From Eledone cirrhosa (taxonomy: Eukaryota), in NCBI GenBank assembly GCA_964016885.1, contig OZ024741.1:127658001-127722000 (forward strand): a stretch of DNA of 64,000 nucleotides, in the 5' to 3' direction. Under the pieces are notes generated by a model. That model did not search any database and was not told the DNA's origin. It saw nothing but the letters and a program-made list of their open reading frames with translations. Each line of letters opens with the position of its first letter. Positions within the stretch are counted from its first letter, which is position 1. Below, in pieces: positions 12,401 through 27,400 of this stretch. Position numbers and translations under genes: made by a program.

Positions 12401-15400
12401 CTGGTTCAACTACAAAATACACCCAGCCCACCCTGTAATGTAGTAATGCTGGTTCTACTACAAAATACACTCAGCCCACTCTATGATGTGGTAATGCTGG
12501 TTCTACCACAAAATACACTCAGCCCATTCTATAATGAGGTAGTGTTGGTTCTACTACAAAATACACTCAGCCCACTCTATAATGAGGTAGTGTTGGTTGT
12601 ACTACAAAATACACCCAGCCCACTCTATAATGCGGTAATGCTGGTTCTACTACAAAATACACTCAGCCCACTATATAATGTGGCAGCGCTGGTTCTACTA
12701 CAAAATACACTCAGCCCATTCTATAATGAGGTAATGCTGGTTCTACTACAAAATACACTCAGCCAACTCTATAATGTGGTAATGCTGGTTCTACTACAAA
12801 ATACACCCAGCCCACTCTGTAATGTGGTAGTGCTGGTTCAACTACAAAATACACCCAGTCAACTCTGTAATGTACTAATGCTGGTTCTACCACAAAATAC
12901 ACTCAGCCCACTCTATAATGTAGTAGTGCTGGTTCTACCACAAAATACACCCAACCCTCTCTATAATGTGGTTGTGCTGGTTCTACTACAAAATACACCC
13001 AGCCAACTCTACAATGTGGTAATGCTGGTTCTACTACAAAATACACCCAGCCCACTCTATAATGTGGTAATGCTGGTTCTCCTACAAAATACACCCAGTC
13101 CACTCTATAATGTGGTAATGCTGGTTCTCCTACAAAATACACCCAGCCCACTCTATAATGTGCTAATGCTGGTTCTACTACAAAATACACTCAGTCCACT
13201 CTGTAATGTGGTAATGCTGGTTCTACTACAAAATACACCCAGCCCATTCTATAATGTGGTAATGCTGGTTCTACTACAAAATACACTCAGCCCACTCTAT
13301 GATGTGGTAATGCTGGTTCTACTACAAAATACACCCAGCCCACTCTGTAATGTGGTAATGCTGGTTCTACCATAAAATACACCCAGCCCAGTCTATAATG
13401 TGGTAGTGCTGGTTCTACTACTAAATACACCCAGCCCACTCTATAATGTTGTAATGCTGGTTCTACTACAAAATACACCCAGCCCACTCTGTAATGTGGT
13501 AATGCTTGTTCTACTACAAAATACACCCATCCCACTCTATAATGTGGTAATGCTGGTTCTACTACAAAATACACCCAGCCCACTCTATAATGAGGTAGTG
13601 CTGGTTCTACTACAAAATACACCCAGCCCACTCTATAATGTGGTAATGTTGGTTCTACTACAAAATACACCCAGCCCACTCTGTAATGTGGTAATGCTGG
13701 TTCAACTACAAAATACACCCAGCCCACCCTGTAATGTAGTAATGCTGGTTCTACTACAAAATACACTCAGCCCACTCTATGATGTGGTAATGCTGGTTCT
13801 ACCACAAAATACACTCAGCCCATTCTATAATGAGGTAGTGTTGGTTCTACTACAAAATACACTCAGCCCACTCTATAATGAGGTAATGCTGGTTCTACTA
13901 CAAAATACACCCAGCCCACTCTGTAATGTGGTAGTGCTGGTTCAACTACAAAATACACCCAGTCAACTCTGTAATGTAGTAATGCTGGTTCTACCACAAA
14001 ATACACCCAGCCCACTCTGTAAAGTGGTAGTGCTGGTTCTACTACTAAATACAACCAGCCCACTCTATAATTTGGTAATGCTGGTTCTACTACAAAATAC
14101 ACTCAGCCCACTCTATGATGTGGTAGTGTTGGTTCTACGACAAAATACACTAAGCCCACTCTATGATGTGGTAGTGCTGGTTCTACTACAAAATACACTC
14201 AGCCCAGTCTATAATGAGGTAGTGTTGGTTCTACTACAAAATACACTCAGCCCACTCTATAATGTGGTAGTGCTGGTTCTACTACAAAATACACTCAGCC
14301 CACTCTATAATGTGGTAATGCTGGTTCTACTACAAAATACACTCAGCCCACTCTGTAATGTGGTAGTGCTGGTTCTACCACAAAATACATCAAACCCACT
14401 CTATAATGTGGTAGTGCTGGTTCTACCACAAAGTACATCAATCCCACTCTATAATGTGGTAGTGCTGTTTCTACTACAAAATACTCCCAGCCCACTCTAT
14501 AATGTGGTAATGCTGGTTCTACCACATAATACACTCAGCCCACTCTATAATGTGGTAGTGCTGGTTCTACTACTAAATACACCCAGCCCACTCTACAATG
14601 TGGTAATGCTGGTTCTACTACAAAATACACCCAGCCCACTCTATAATGTGGTAATGCTGGTTCTACTACAAAATACACCCAGCCCACTCTATAATGTGGT
14701 AGTGCTGGTTTTACTACAAAATACACCTAGCCCACTCTATAATGAGGTAGTGCTGGTTCTACTACAAAATACACCCAGCCCACTCTATAATGTGGTAGTG
14801 CTGGTTCTACTACAAAATACACCCAGCCAACTCTATAATGTGGTAATGCTGGTTCTACCACAAAATACGCCCAGCCTACTCTATAATGTGGTAATGCTGG
14901 TTCTACCACAAAATACACCCAAACCACTCTATAATGTGGTAATGCTGTTTCTACTACAAAATACACTCAGCCCACTCTATAATGTGGTAATGCTGGTTCT
15001 ACTACAAAATACACCCAGCCCACTCTGTAATGTAGTAATACTGGTTCTACCACAAAATACACTCAGCCCACTCTATAATGTGGTAGTGCTCGTTCTACCA
15101 CAAAATACACTCAGCCCACTCTATAATGAGGTAGTGCTGGTTCTACTACAAAATACACCCAGCCCACTCTATAATGTGGTAATGTTGGTTCTACTACAAA
15201 ATACACCCAGCCCACTCTGTAATGTGGTAATGCTGGTTCAACTACAAAATACACCCAGCCCACCCTGTAATGTAGTAATGCTGGTTCTACTACAAAATAC
15301 ACTCAGCCCACTCTATGATGTGGTAATGCTGGTTCTACCACAAAATACACTCAGCCCATTCTATAATGAGGTAGTGTTGGTTCTACTACAAAATACACTC

Positions 15401-18400
15401 AGCCCACTCTATAATGAGGTAGTGTTGGTTGTACTACAAAATACACCCAGCCCACTCTATAATGCGGTAATGCTGGTTCTACTACAAAATACACTCAGCC
15501 CACTATATAATGTGGCAGCGCTGGTTCTACTACAAAATACACTCAGCCCATTCTATAATGAGGTAATGCTGGTTCTACTACAAAATACACTCAGCCAACT
15601 CTATAATGTGGTAATGCTGGTTCTACTACAAAATACACCCAGCCCACTCTGTAATGTGGTAGTGCTGGTTCAACTACAAAATACACCCAGTCAACTCTGT
15701 AATGTACTAATGCTGGTTCTACCACAAAATACACTCAGCCCACTCTATAATGTAGTAGTGCTGATTCTACCACAAAATACACCCAACCCTCTCTATAATG
15801 TGGTTGTGCTGGTTCTACTACAAAATACACCCAGCCAACTCTACAATGTGGTAATGCTGGTTCTACTACAAAATACACCCAGCCCACTCTATAATGTGGT
15901 AATGCTGGTTCTCCTACAAAATACACCCAGTCCACTCTATAATGTGGTAATGCTGGTTCTCCTACAAAATACACCCAGCCCACTCTATAATGTGCTAATG
16001 CTGGTTCTACTACAAAATACACTCAGTCCACTCTGTAATGTGGTAATGCTGGTTCTACTACAAAATACACCCAGCCCATTCTATAATGTGGTAATGCTGG
16101 TTCTACTACAAAATACACTCAGCCCACTCTATGATGTGGTAATGCTGGTTCTACTACAAAATACACCCAGCCCACTCTGTAATGTGGTAATGCTGGTTCT
16201 ACCATAAAATACACCCAGCCCAGTCTATAATGTGGTAGTGCTGGTTCTACTACTAAATACACCCAGCCCACTCTATAATGTTGTAATGCTGGTTCTACTA
16301 CAAAATACACCCAGCCCACTCTGTAATGTGGTAATGCTTGTTCTACTACAAAATACACCCATCCCACTCTATAATGTGGTAATGCTGGTTCTACTACAAA
16401 ATACACCCAGCCCACTCTATAATGAGGTAGTGCTGGTTCTACTACAAAATACACCCAGCCCACTCTATAATGTGGTAATGTTGGTTCTACTACAAAATAC
16501 ACCCAGCCCACTCTGTAATGTGGTAATGCTGGTTCAACTACAAAATACACCCAGCCCACACTGTAATGTAGTAATGCTGGTTCTACTACAAAATACACTC
16601 AGCCCACTCTATGATGTGGTAATGCTGGTTCTACCACAAAATACACTCAGCCCATTCTATAATGAGGTAGTGTTGGTTCTACTACAAAATACACTCAGCC
16701 CACTCTATAATGAGGTAATGCTGGTTCTACTACAAAATACACCCAGCCCACTCTGTAATGTGGTAGTGCTGGTTCAACTACAAAATACACCCAGTCAACT
16801 CTGTAATGTAGTAATGCTGGTTCTACCACAAAATACACTCAGCCCACTCTATAATGTGGTAGTGCTGGTTCTACCACAAAATACACCCAACCCTCTCTAT
16901 AATGTGGTTGTGCTGGTTCTACTACAAAATACACCCAGCCAACTCTACAATGTGGTAATGCTGGTTCTACTACAAAATACACCCAGCCCACTCTATAATG
17001 TGGTAATGCTGGTTCTCCTACAAAATACACCCAGCCCACTCTATAATGTGGTAATGCTGGTTCTCCTACAAAATACACCCAGCCCACTCTATAATGTGGT
17101 AATGCTGGTTCTACTACAAAATACACTCAGTCCACTCGGTAATGTGGTAATGCTGGTTCTACTACAAAATACACCCAGCCCACTCTATAATGCGGTAATG
17201 CTGGTTCTACTACAAAATACACTCAGCCCACTCTATGATGTGGTAATGCTGGTTCTACTACAAAATACACCCAGCCCACTCTGTAATGTGGTAATGCTGG
17301 TTCTACCATAAAATACACCCAGCCCAGTCTATAATGTGGTAGTGCTGGTTCTACTACTAAATACACCCAGCCCACTCTATAATGTTGTAATGCTGGTTCT
17401 ACTACAAAATACACCCAGCCCACTCTGTAATGTGGTAATGCTTGTTCTACTACAAAATACACCCATCCCACTCTATAATGTGGTAATGCTGGTTCTACTA
17501 CAAAATACACCCAGCCCACTCTATAATGTGGTAGTGCTGGTTCTACTACAAAATACACCTAGCCCACTCTATAATGTGGTAGTGCCGCTTCTACTACAAA
17601 ATACACTCCGCCTACTCTATAATGTGGTAGTGCTGGTTCTACCACAAAATACACCCAGCCCACTCTATAATGTGGTAGTGCTGGTTCTACGACAAAATAC
17701 ACCCAGCCCACTGTATAATGTGGTAATGCTGGTTCTACCACAACATACACTCAGCCCACTCTATAATGTGGTAGTGCTGGTTCTACCATATAATACACCC
17801 AGCCCACTCTATAATGTGGTAATGCTGGTTCTACCATATAATACACTCAGCCCACTCTATAATGTGGTAATGCTGGTTCTACCACAAAATAGACCTAGGC
17901 CACTCTATAATGTGGTAATGCTGGTTCTACCATATCATACACTCAGCCCACTCTATAATGTGGTAGTGCTGGTTCTACTACTAAATACACCCAGCCCACT
18001 CTACAATGTGGTAATGCTGGTTCTACTACAAAATACACCCGGCTAACTCGATGATGTGGTAATGCTAGTTCTACTACTAAACACACCCAGCCCACTCTAT
18101 AATGTGGTATTGCTGGTTCTACTACAAAATACACCCATCCCACTCTATAATGTGGTAGTGCTGGTTCTACTACAAAATACACCTAGGCCACTCTTTAATG
18201 TGGTAATGCTGGTTCTACTACAAAATACACCTAGCCCACTCTCTAATGTGGTAGTGCCGGTTCTACTACAAAATACACTCAGCCCACTCTATAATGTGGT
18301 AGTACCGGTTCTACCACAAAATATACTCAGCCCACTCTATAATGTGGTAGTGCTGGTTCTACAACAAAATACACCCAGCCCACTCAATAATGTGGTAATG

Positions 18401-21400
18401 CTGGTTCTACCACAAAATACACTCAACCCACTCTATAATGTGGTAGTGCTGGTTCTACTACAAAATACACCCAGCCCACTCTATAATGTGGTAGTGTTGG
18501 TTCTACTACAAAATACACTCAGCCCACTCTATAATGTGGTAGTTTTGGTTCTACTACAAAATACACTCAGCCCACTCAATAATGTGGTAGTGCTGGTTCT
18601 ACCACAAAATACATTCAGCCCACTCTATAATGTAGTGCTTGTCCTACCACAAAATACACTCAGCCCACTCTATAATGTGGTAATGCTGGTTCTATCATAT
18701 AATAAACCCAGCCCACTCTATAATGTGGTAATGCTGGTTCTACCACAAAATACACTCAGCCCACTCTATAATGTGGTAGTGTTGATTCTACGACAAAATA
18801 CACCCATCCCACTCTATAATGTGGTAATGTTGGTTCTACTACAAAATACACCCAGCCCACTCTGTAATGTGGTAATGCTGGTTCAACTACAAAATACACC
18901 CAGCCCACCGTGTAATGTAGTAATGCTGGTTCTACTACAAAATACACTCAGCCCACTCTCTAATGTGGTAGTGCCGGTTCTACTACAAAATACACCCAGC
19001 CCAGTCTATAATGTGGTAGTGCTGGTTCTACTACTAAATACACCAAGCCCACTCTATAATGTTGTAATGCTGGTTCTACTACAAAATACACCCAGCCCAC
19101 TCTGTAATGTGGTAATGCTTGTTCTACTACAAAATACACCAATCCCACTCTATAATGTGGTAATGCTGGTTCTAATACAAAATACACCCAGCCCACTCTA
19201 TAATGTGGTAGTGCTGGTTCTCCTACAAAATACACCTAGCCCACTCTATAATGTGGTAGTGCCGCTTCTACTACAAAATACACTCCGCCTACTCTATAAT
19301 GTGGTAGTGCTGGTTCTACCACAAAATACACCCAGCCCACTCTATAATGTGGTAGTGCTGGTTCTACGACAAAATACACCCAGCCCACTCTATAATGTGG
19401 TAATGCTGGTTCTACCACAACATACACTCAGCCCACTCTATAATGTGGTAGTGCTGGTTCTACCATATAATACACCCAGCCCACTCTATAATGTGGTAAT
19501 GCTGGTTCTACCATATAATACACTCAGCCCACTCTATAATGTGGTAATGCTGGTTCTACCACAAAATAGACCTAGGCCACTCTATAATGTGGTAATGCTG
19601 GTTCTACCATATAATACACTCAGCCCACTCTATAATGTGGTAGTGCTGGTTCTACTACTAAATACACCCAGCCCACTCTACAATGTGGTAATGCTGGTTC
19701 TACTACAAAATACACCCGGCCAACTCGATGATGTGGTAATGCTAGTTCTACTACTAAACACACCCAGCCCACTCTATAATGTGGTATTGCTGGTTCTACT
19801 ACAAAATACACCCATCCCACTCTATAATGTGGTAGTGCTGGTTCTACTACAAAATACACCTAGGCCACTCTTTAATGTGGTAATGCTGGTTCTACTGCAA
19901 AATACACCTAGCCCACTCTCTATTGTGGTAGTGCCGGTTCTACTACAAAATACACTCAGCCCACTCTATAATGTGGTAGTACCGGTTCTACCACAAAATA
20001 TACTCAGCCCACTCTATAATGTGGTAGTGCTGGTTCTACAACAAAATACACCCAGCCCACTCAATAATGTGGTAATGCTGGTTCTACCACAAAATACACT
20101 CAACCCACTCTATAATGTGGTAGTGCTGGTTCTACTACAAAATACACCCAGCCCACTCTATAATGTGGTAGTGTTGGTTCTACTACAAAATACACTCAGC
20201 CCACTCTATAATGTGGTAGTTTTGGTTCTACTACAAAATACACTCAGCCCACTCTATAATGTGGTAGTGCTGGTTCTACCACAAAATACATTCAGCCCAC
20301 TCTATAATGTAGTGCTTGTCCTACCACAAAATACACTCAGCCCACTCTATAATGTGGTAGTACCGGTTCTACCACAAAATAAACCCAGCCCACTATATAA
20401 TGTGGCAGTGCTGGTTCTACTACAAAATACACTCAGCCCATTCTATAATGAGGTAATGCTGGTTCTACTACAAAATACACTCAGCCAACTCTATAATGTG
20501 GTAATGCTGGTTCTACTACAAAATACACCCAGCCCACTCTGTAATGTGGTAGTGCTGGTTCAACTACAAAATACACCCAGTCAACTCTGTAATGTAGTAA
20601 TGCTGGTTCTACCACAAAATACACTCAGCCCACTCTATAATGTGGTAGTGCTGGTTCTACCACAAAATACACCCAACCCTCTCTATAATGTGGTTGTGCT
20701 GGTTCTACTACAAAATACACCCGGCCAACTCTACAATGTGGTAATGCTGGTTCTACTACAAAATACACCCAGCCCACTCTATAATGTGGTAATGCTGGTT
20801 CTCCTACAAAATACACCCAGCCCACTCTATAATGTGGTAATGCTGGTTCTCCTACAAAATACACCCAGCCCACTCTATAATGTGGTAATGCTGGTTCTAC
20901 TACAAAATACACTCAGTCCACTCGGTAATGTGGTAATGCTGGTTCTACTACAAAATACACCCAGCCCACTCTATAATGCGGTAATGCTGGTTCTACTACA
21001 AAATACACTCAGCCCACTCTATGATGTGGTAATGCTGGTTCTACTACAAAATACACCCAGCCCACTCTGTAATGTGGTAATGCTGGTTCTACCATAAAAT
21101 ACACCCAGCCCAGTCTATAATGTGGTAGTGCTGGTTCTACTACTAAATACACCCAGCCCACTCTATAATGTTGTAATGCTGGTTCTACTACAAAATACAC
21201 CCAGCCCACTCTGTAATGTGGTAATGCTTGTTCTACTACAAAATACACCCATCCCACTCTATAATGTGGTAATGCTGGTTCTACTACAAAATACACCCAG
21301 CCCACTCTATAATGTGGTAGTGTTGGTTCTACTACAAAATACACTCAGCCCACTCTATAATGTGGTAGTTTTGGTTCTACTACAAAATACACTCAGCCCA

Positions 21401-24400
21401 CTCTATAATGTAGTAGTGCTGGTTCTACCACAAAATACATTCAGCCCACTCTATAATGTAGTGCTTGTACTACCACAAAATACACTCAGCCCATTCTATA
21501 ATGTGGTAATGCTGGTTCTATCATATAATAAACCCAGCCCACTCTATAATGTGGTAATGCTTGTTCTACCACAAAATACACTCAGCCCACTCTATAATGT
21601 GGTATTGTTGATTCTACGACAAAATACACCCATCCCACTCTATAATGTGGTAATGTTGGTTCTACTACAAAATACACCCAGCCCACTCTGTAATGTGGTA
21701 ATGCTGGTTCAACTACAAAATACACCCAGCCCACCCTGTAATGTAGTAATGCTGGTTCTACTACAAAATACACTCAGCCCACTCTCTAATGTGGTAGTGC
21801 CGGTTCTACTACAAAATACACTCAGCCCACTCTATAATGTGGTAGTGCCGGTTCTTCCACAAAATATACTCAGCCCACTCTATAATGTGGTAGTGCTGGT
21901 TCTACAACAAAATACACCCAGCCCACTCAATAATGTGGTAATGCTGGTTCTACCACAAAATACACTCAACCCACTCTATAATGTGGTAGTGCTGGTTCTA
22001 CTACAAAATACACTCAGCCCACTCTGTAATGTGGTAATGCTTGTTCTACTACAAAATACACCCAGCCCACTCTATAATGTGGTAGTGCTGGTTCTACTAC
22101 AAAATACACCTAGCCCACTCTTTAATGTGGTAATGCTGGTTCTACTACAAAATACACCAAGCCCACTCTCTAATGTGGTAGTGCCAGTTCTACTACAAAA
22201 TACACTCAGCCCACTCTATAATTTTAGTAATGCCGGTTCTACCACAAAATATACTCAGCCCACTCTATAATGTGGTAGTGCTGGTTCTACTACAAAATAC
22301 ACCCAGCCCACTCTATAATGTGGTAAAGCTGGTTCTACTACAAAATACACTCAGCCCACTCTATAATGTGGTAGTGCTGGTTCTACCACAAAATACATTC
22401 GGCCCACTCTATAATGTAGTGCTTGTTCTACCACAAAATACACTCAGCCCACTCTATAATGTGGTAATGCTGGTTCTATCATATAATAAACCCAGCCCAC
22501 TCTATAATGTGGTAATGCTGGTTCTACCACAAAATACACTCAGCCCACTCTATAATGTGGTAGTGTTGATTCTACGACAAAATACACCCATCCCACTCTA
22601 TAATGTGGTAATGCTAGTTCTACCATATAATACACCCAGCCCACTCTATAATGTGGTAATGCTGGTTCTACCATATAATACACCCATCCCACTCTATAAT
22701 GTGATAATGCTGGTTCTACCACAAAATACATCAAACCCACTCTATAATGTGGTAGTGCTGGTTCTACCACAAAATACATCAAACCCTCTCTATAATGTGG
22801 TAGTGCTGGTTCTACTACAAAATACTCCCAGCCCACTCTATAGTGTGGTATTGCTGGTTCTACCACAAAACACACTCAGCCCACTCTGTAATGTGGTAGT
22901 GCTGGTTCTACTACTAAATACACCCAGCCCACTCTACAATGTGGTAATGCTGGTTCTACTACAAAATACACCCAGCCAACTCGATGATGTGGTAATGCTG
23001 GTTCTACTACTAAACACACCCAGCCCACTCTATAATGTGGTAGTCCTGGTTCTACTATAAAATACACTCAGCCCACTCTATAATGTGGTAATGCTGGTTC
23101 TACCCCAAAATACACTCAGCCCACTGTATAATGTGGTAGTGCTGGTTCTACTACAAAATACACTCAGCCCACTCTATAATGTGGTAATGCTGGTTCTACC
23201 ACAAAATACACTCAGCCCACTCTATAATGTGGCAGTGCTGGTTCTACCACAAAATACACCCAGCCCACTCTATAATGTAGTAGTGCTGGTTCTACTATTT
23301 AATACACCCAGTCCACTATATAATGTGGTACTGCTGGTTCTACCACAGAATACACTCAGCCAACGCTATAATGTGGCAATGCTAGTTCTACCACAAAATA
23401 CACCAAGCCCATTCTATAATGTGGTAATGCTGGTTCTACCACAAAATTCACCTAGCCCACTCTATAACGTGTTAGTGCTGGTTCTACCACAAAATACACT
23501 CAGCCCACTCTATAATGTGGTAATGCTGGTTCTACTACAAAATAAACCCGGCCCACTCTATAATGTGGTAATGCTGGTTCTACCACAAAATACACCCAGC
23601 CCACTCTATAATTTGTTAGTGCTGGTTCTACTACAAAATACACCCAGCCCACTCTATAATGTGGTAATGCTGGTTCTACTACAAAATACACCCAGCCCAC
23701 TCTGTAATGTGGTAGTGCTGGTTCTACCACAAAATACACCTAGCCCACTCTATAATGTGGTAGAGCTGGTTCTACTACAAAATACACCTAGCGCACTCTA
23801 TAATGTGGTAGTGGTGGTTCTACCACAAAATACACCTAGCCCAATCTATAATGTGTTAGTGCTGGTTCTACCACATTATACACCCAGCCCACTCTACAAT
23901 GTGGTAATGCTGGTTCTACTACAAAATACACCCAGCCCACTCTGTAATGTGGTAATGCTGGTTCTACCACAAAATACACCTAGCCCACTCTATAATGTGG
24001 TAGAGCTGGTTCTACTACAAATTACACACAGCCCACTCTATAATGTGGTAGTGCTGGCTCTACTACTAAATACACCTAGCCCAGTCTATAATGTGGTAAT
24101 GCTGGTTCTACTACAAAATACAGCTAGCCCACTCTATAATGTGGTAATGCTGGTTCTACTACAAAATACACCCAGCCCACTCTATAATGTGGTAGTGTTG
24201 GTTCTACCACAAAATACATTCGGCCCACTCTATAATGTAGTGCTTGTTCTACCACAAAACACATTCAGCCCACTCTATAATGTGGTAGTGCTGGTTCTAC
24301 CACAAAATACACTCAGCCCACTGTATAATGTGGTAGTGCTGGTTCTACCACAAAATACACCCAACCCACTCTATAATGTGGTAGTGCTGGTTCTACTACA

Positions 24401-27400
24401 AAATACTCCCAGCCCACTCTATAATGTGGTAGTGCTGGTTCTACTACAAAATACACCTAGCCCACTCTATAATGTGGTAGTGCTGGTTCTACTACAAAAT
24501 ACACCCAGCCCACTCTATAATATGGTAATGCTGGTTCTACTACAAAATACACCCAGCCCACTCTATAATGTGGTAGTGCTGGTTCTACTACAAAATACCA
24601 CCAGCCCACTCTATAATGTGGTAATGCTGGTTCTACTACAAAATACACCTAGCCCACTCTATAATGTGGTAGTGCTGGTTCTACTACAAAATACACCCAG
24701 CCTACTCTGTACTGTGGTAATGCTGGTTCAACTACAAAATACACCTAGCTCACTCTATAATGTAGTAATGCTGGTTCTACCACAAAATACACCTAGCCCA
24801 CTCTATAATTTGGTAGTGCTTGTTCTATTACAAAATACACCCAGCCCACTCTATAATGTGGTAATGCTGGTTCTACTACAAAATACACCCAGCCCACTCT
24901 ATTATGTGGTAATGCTGGTTCTACCACAAGATACACCTAGCCCACTCTATAATGTGGTAGAGCGGGTTCTACTACAAAATACACCTAGCGCACTCTATAA
25001 TGTGGTAGTGCTGGTTCTACTACAAAATACACCCAGCCCATTCTATAATGTGGTAGTGCTGGTTCTACCACAAAATACACCCAACCCACTCTATAATGTG
25101 GTAGTGCTGGTTCTACTACAAAATACACCCAGCCCACTGTATAATGTGGTAGTGCTGGTTCTACTACACAATACACCTAGCCCACTCTATAATGTGGTAG
25201 TGCCGGTGCTACTACAAAATACACTCAGCCCACTCTATAATGCGGTAGTGCTGGTTCTACCAGAAAATACACCCAGCCCACTCTATAATGTGGTAGTGGT
25301 GGTTCTACCACAAAATACACCTAGCCCACTCTATAATGTGTTAGTGCTGGTTCTACCACAAAATACACCCAGCCCACTCTACAATGTGGTAATGCTGGTT
25401 CTACTACAAAATACACCCAGCCCACTCTGTAATGTGGTAATGCTGGTTCAACTACAAAATACACCTAGCCCACTCTATAACGTGGTAAGCTGGTTCTACC
25501 ACAAAATACACCTAGCCCACTCTATAATGTGGTAGAGCTGGTTCTACTACAAATTACACTCAGCCCACTCTATAATGTGGTAGTGCTGGCTCTACTACTA
25601 AATACACCTAGCCCACTCTATAATGTGGTAATGCTGGTTCTACTACAAAATACACCCAGCCCACTCTATAATGTGGTAGTGCTGGTTCTACCACAAAATA
25701 CACTCAGCCCACTCTACAATGTGGTAGTGATGATTCTACCACAAAATACACTCAGCCCACTCTATAATGTGGTAGTGCTGGTTCTACCACAAAACACATT
25801 CAGCCCACTCTATAATGTGGTAGTGCTGGTTCTACCACAAAATACACTCAGCCCACTGTATAATGTGGTAGTGCTGGTTCTACCACAAAATACACCCAAC
25901 TCACTCTATAATGTGGTAGTGCTGGTTCTACTACAAAATACTCCCAGCCCACTCTATAATGTGGTAGTGCTGGTTCTACTACAAAATACACCTAGCCCAC
26001 TCTATAATGTGGTAGTGCTGGTTCTACCACAAAATACACTCAGCCCACTCTATAATGTGGTAATGCTGGTTCTACCACAAAATACACTCAGCCCACTCTA
26101 TAATGTGGCAGTGCTGGTTCTACCACAAAATACACCCAGCCCACTCTATAATGTAGTAGTGCTGGTTCTACTATTTAATACACCCAGCCCACTATATAAT
26201 GTGGTACTGCTGGTTCTACCACAGAATACACTCAGCCAACGCTATAATGTGGCAATGCTAGTTCTACCACAAAATACACCAAGCCCATTCTATAATGTGG
26301 TAATGCTGGTTCTACCACAACATTCACCTAGCCCACTCTATAACGTGTTAGTGCTGGTTCTACCACAAAATACACTCAGCCCACTCTATAATGTGGTAAT
26401 GCTGGTTCTACTACAAAATAAACCCAGCCCACTCTATAATGTGGTAATGCTGGTTCTACCACAAAATACACCTAGCCCACTCTATAATTTGTTAGTGCTG
26501 GTTCTACTACAAAATATACCCAGCCCACTCTATAATGTGGTAATGCTGGTTCTACTACAAAATACACCTAGCGCCCTCTATAATGTGGTAGTGGTGGTTC
26601 TACCACAAAATACACCTAGCCCAATCTATAATGTGTTAGTGCTGGTTCTACCACATTATACACCCAGCCCACTCTACAATGTGGTAATGCTGGTTCTACT
26701 ACAAAATACACCCAGCCCACTCTGTAATGTGGTAATGCTGGTTCAACTACAAAATATACCTAGCCCACTCTATAACGTGGTAACGCTGGTTCTACCACAA
26801 AATACACCTAGCCCACTCTATAATGTGGTAGAGCTGGTTCTACTACAAATTACACCCAGCCCACTCTATAATGCGGTAGTGCTGGCTCTACTACTAAATA
26901 CACCTAGCCCACTCTATAATGTGGTAATGCTGGTTCTACTACAAAATACAGCTAGCCCACTCTATAATGTGGTAATGCTGGTTCTACTACAAAATACACC
27001 CAGCCCACTCTATAATGTGGTAGTGCTGGTTCTACCACAAAACACATTCAGCCCACTCTATAATGTGGTAGTGCTGGTTCTACCACAAAATACACTCAGC
27101 CCACTGTATAATGTGGTAGTGCTGGTTCTACCACAAAATACACCCAACCCACTCTATAATGTGGTAGTGCTGGTTCTACTACAAAATACTCCCAGCCCAC
27201 TCTATAATGTGGTAGTGCTGGTTCTACTACAAAATACACCTAGCCCACTCTATAATGTGGTAGTGCTGGTTCTACTACAAAATACACCCAGCCCACTCTA
27301 TAATGTGGTAATGCTGGTTCTACTACAAAATACACCCAGCCCACTCTATAATGTGGTAGTGCTGGTTCTACTACAAAATACCACCAGCCCACTCTATAAT

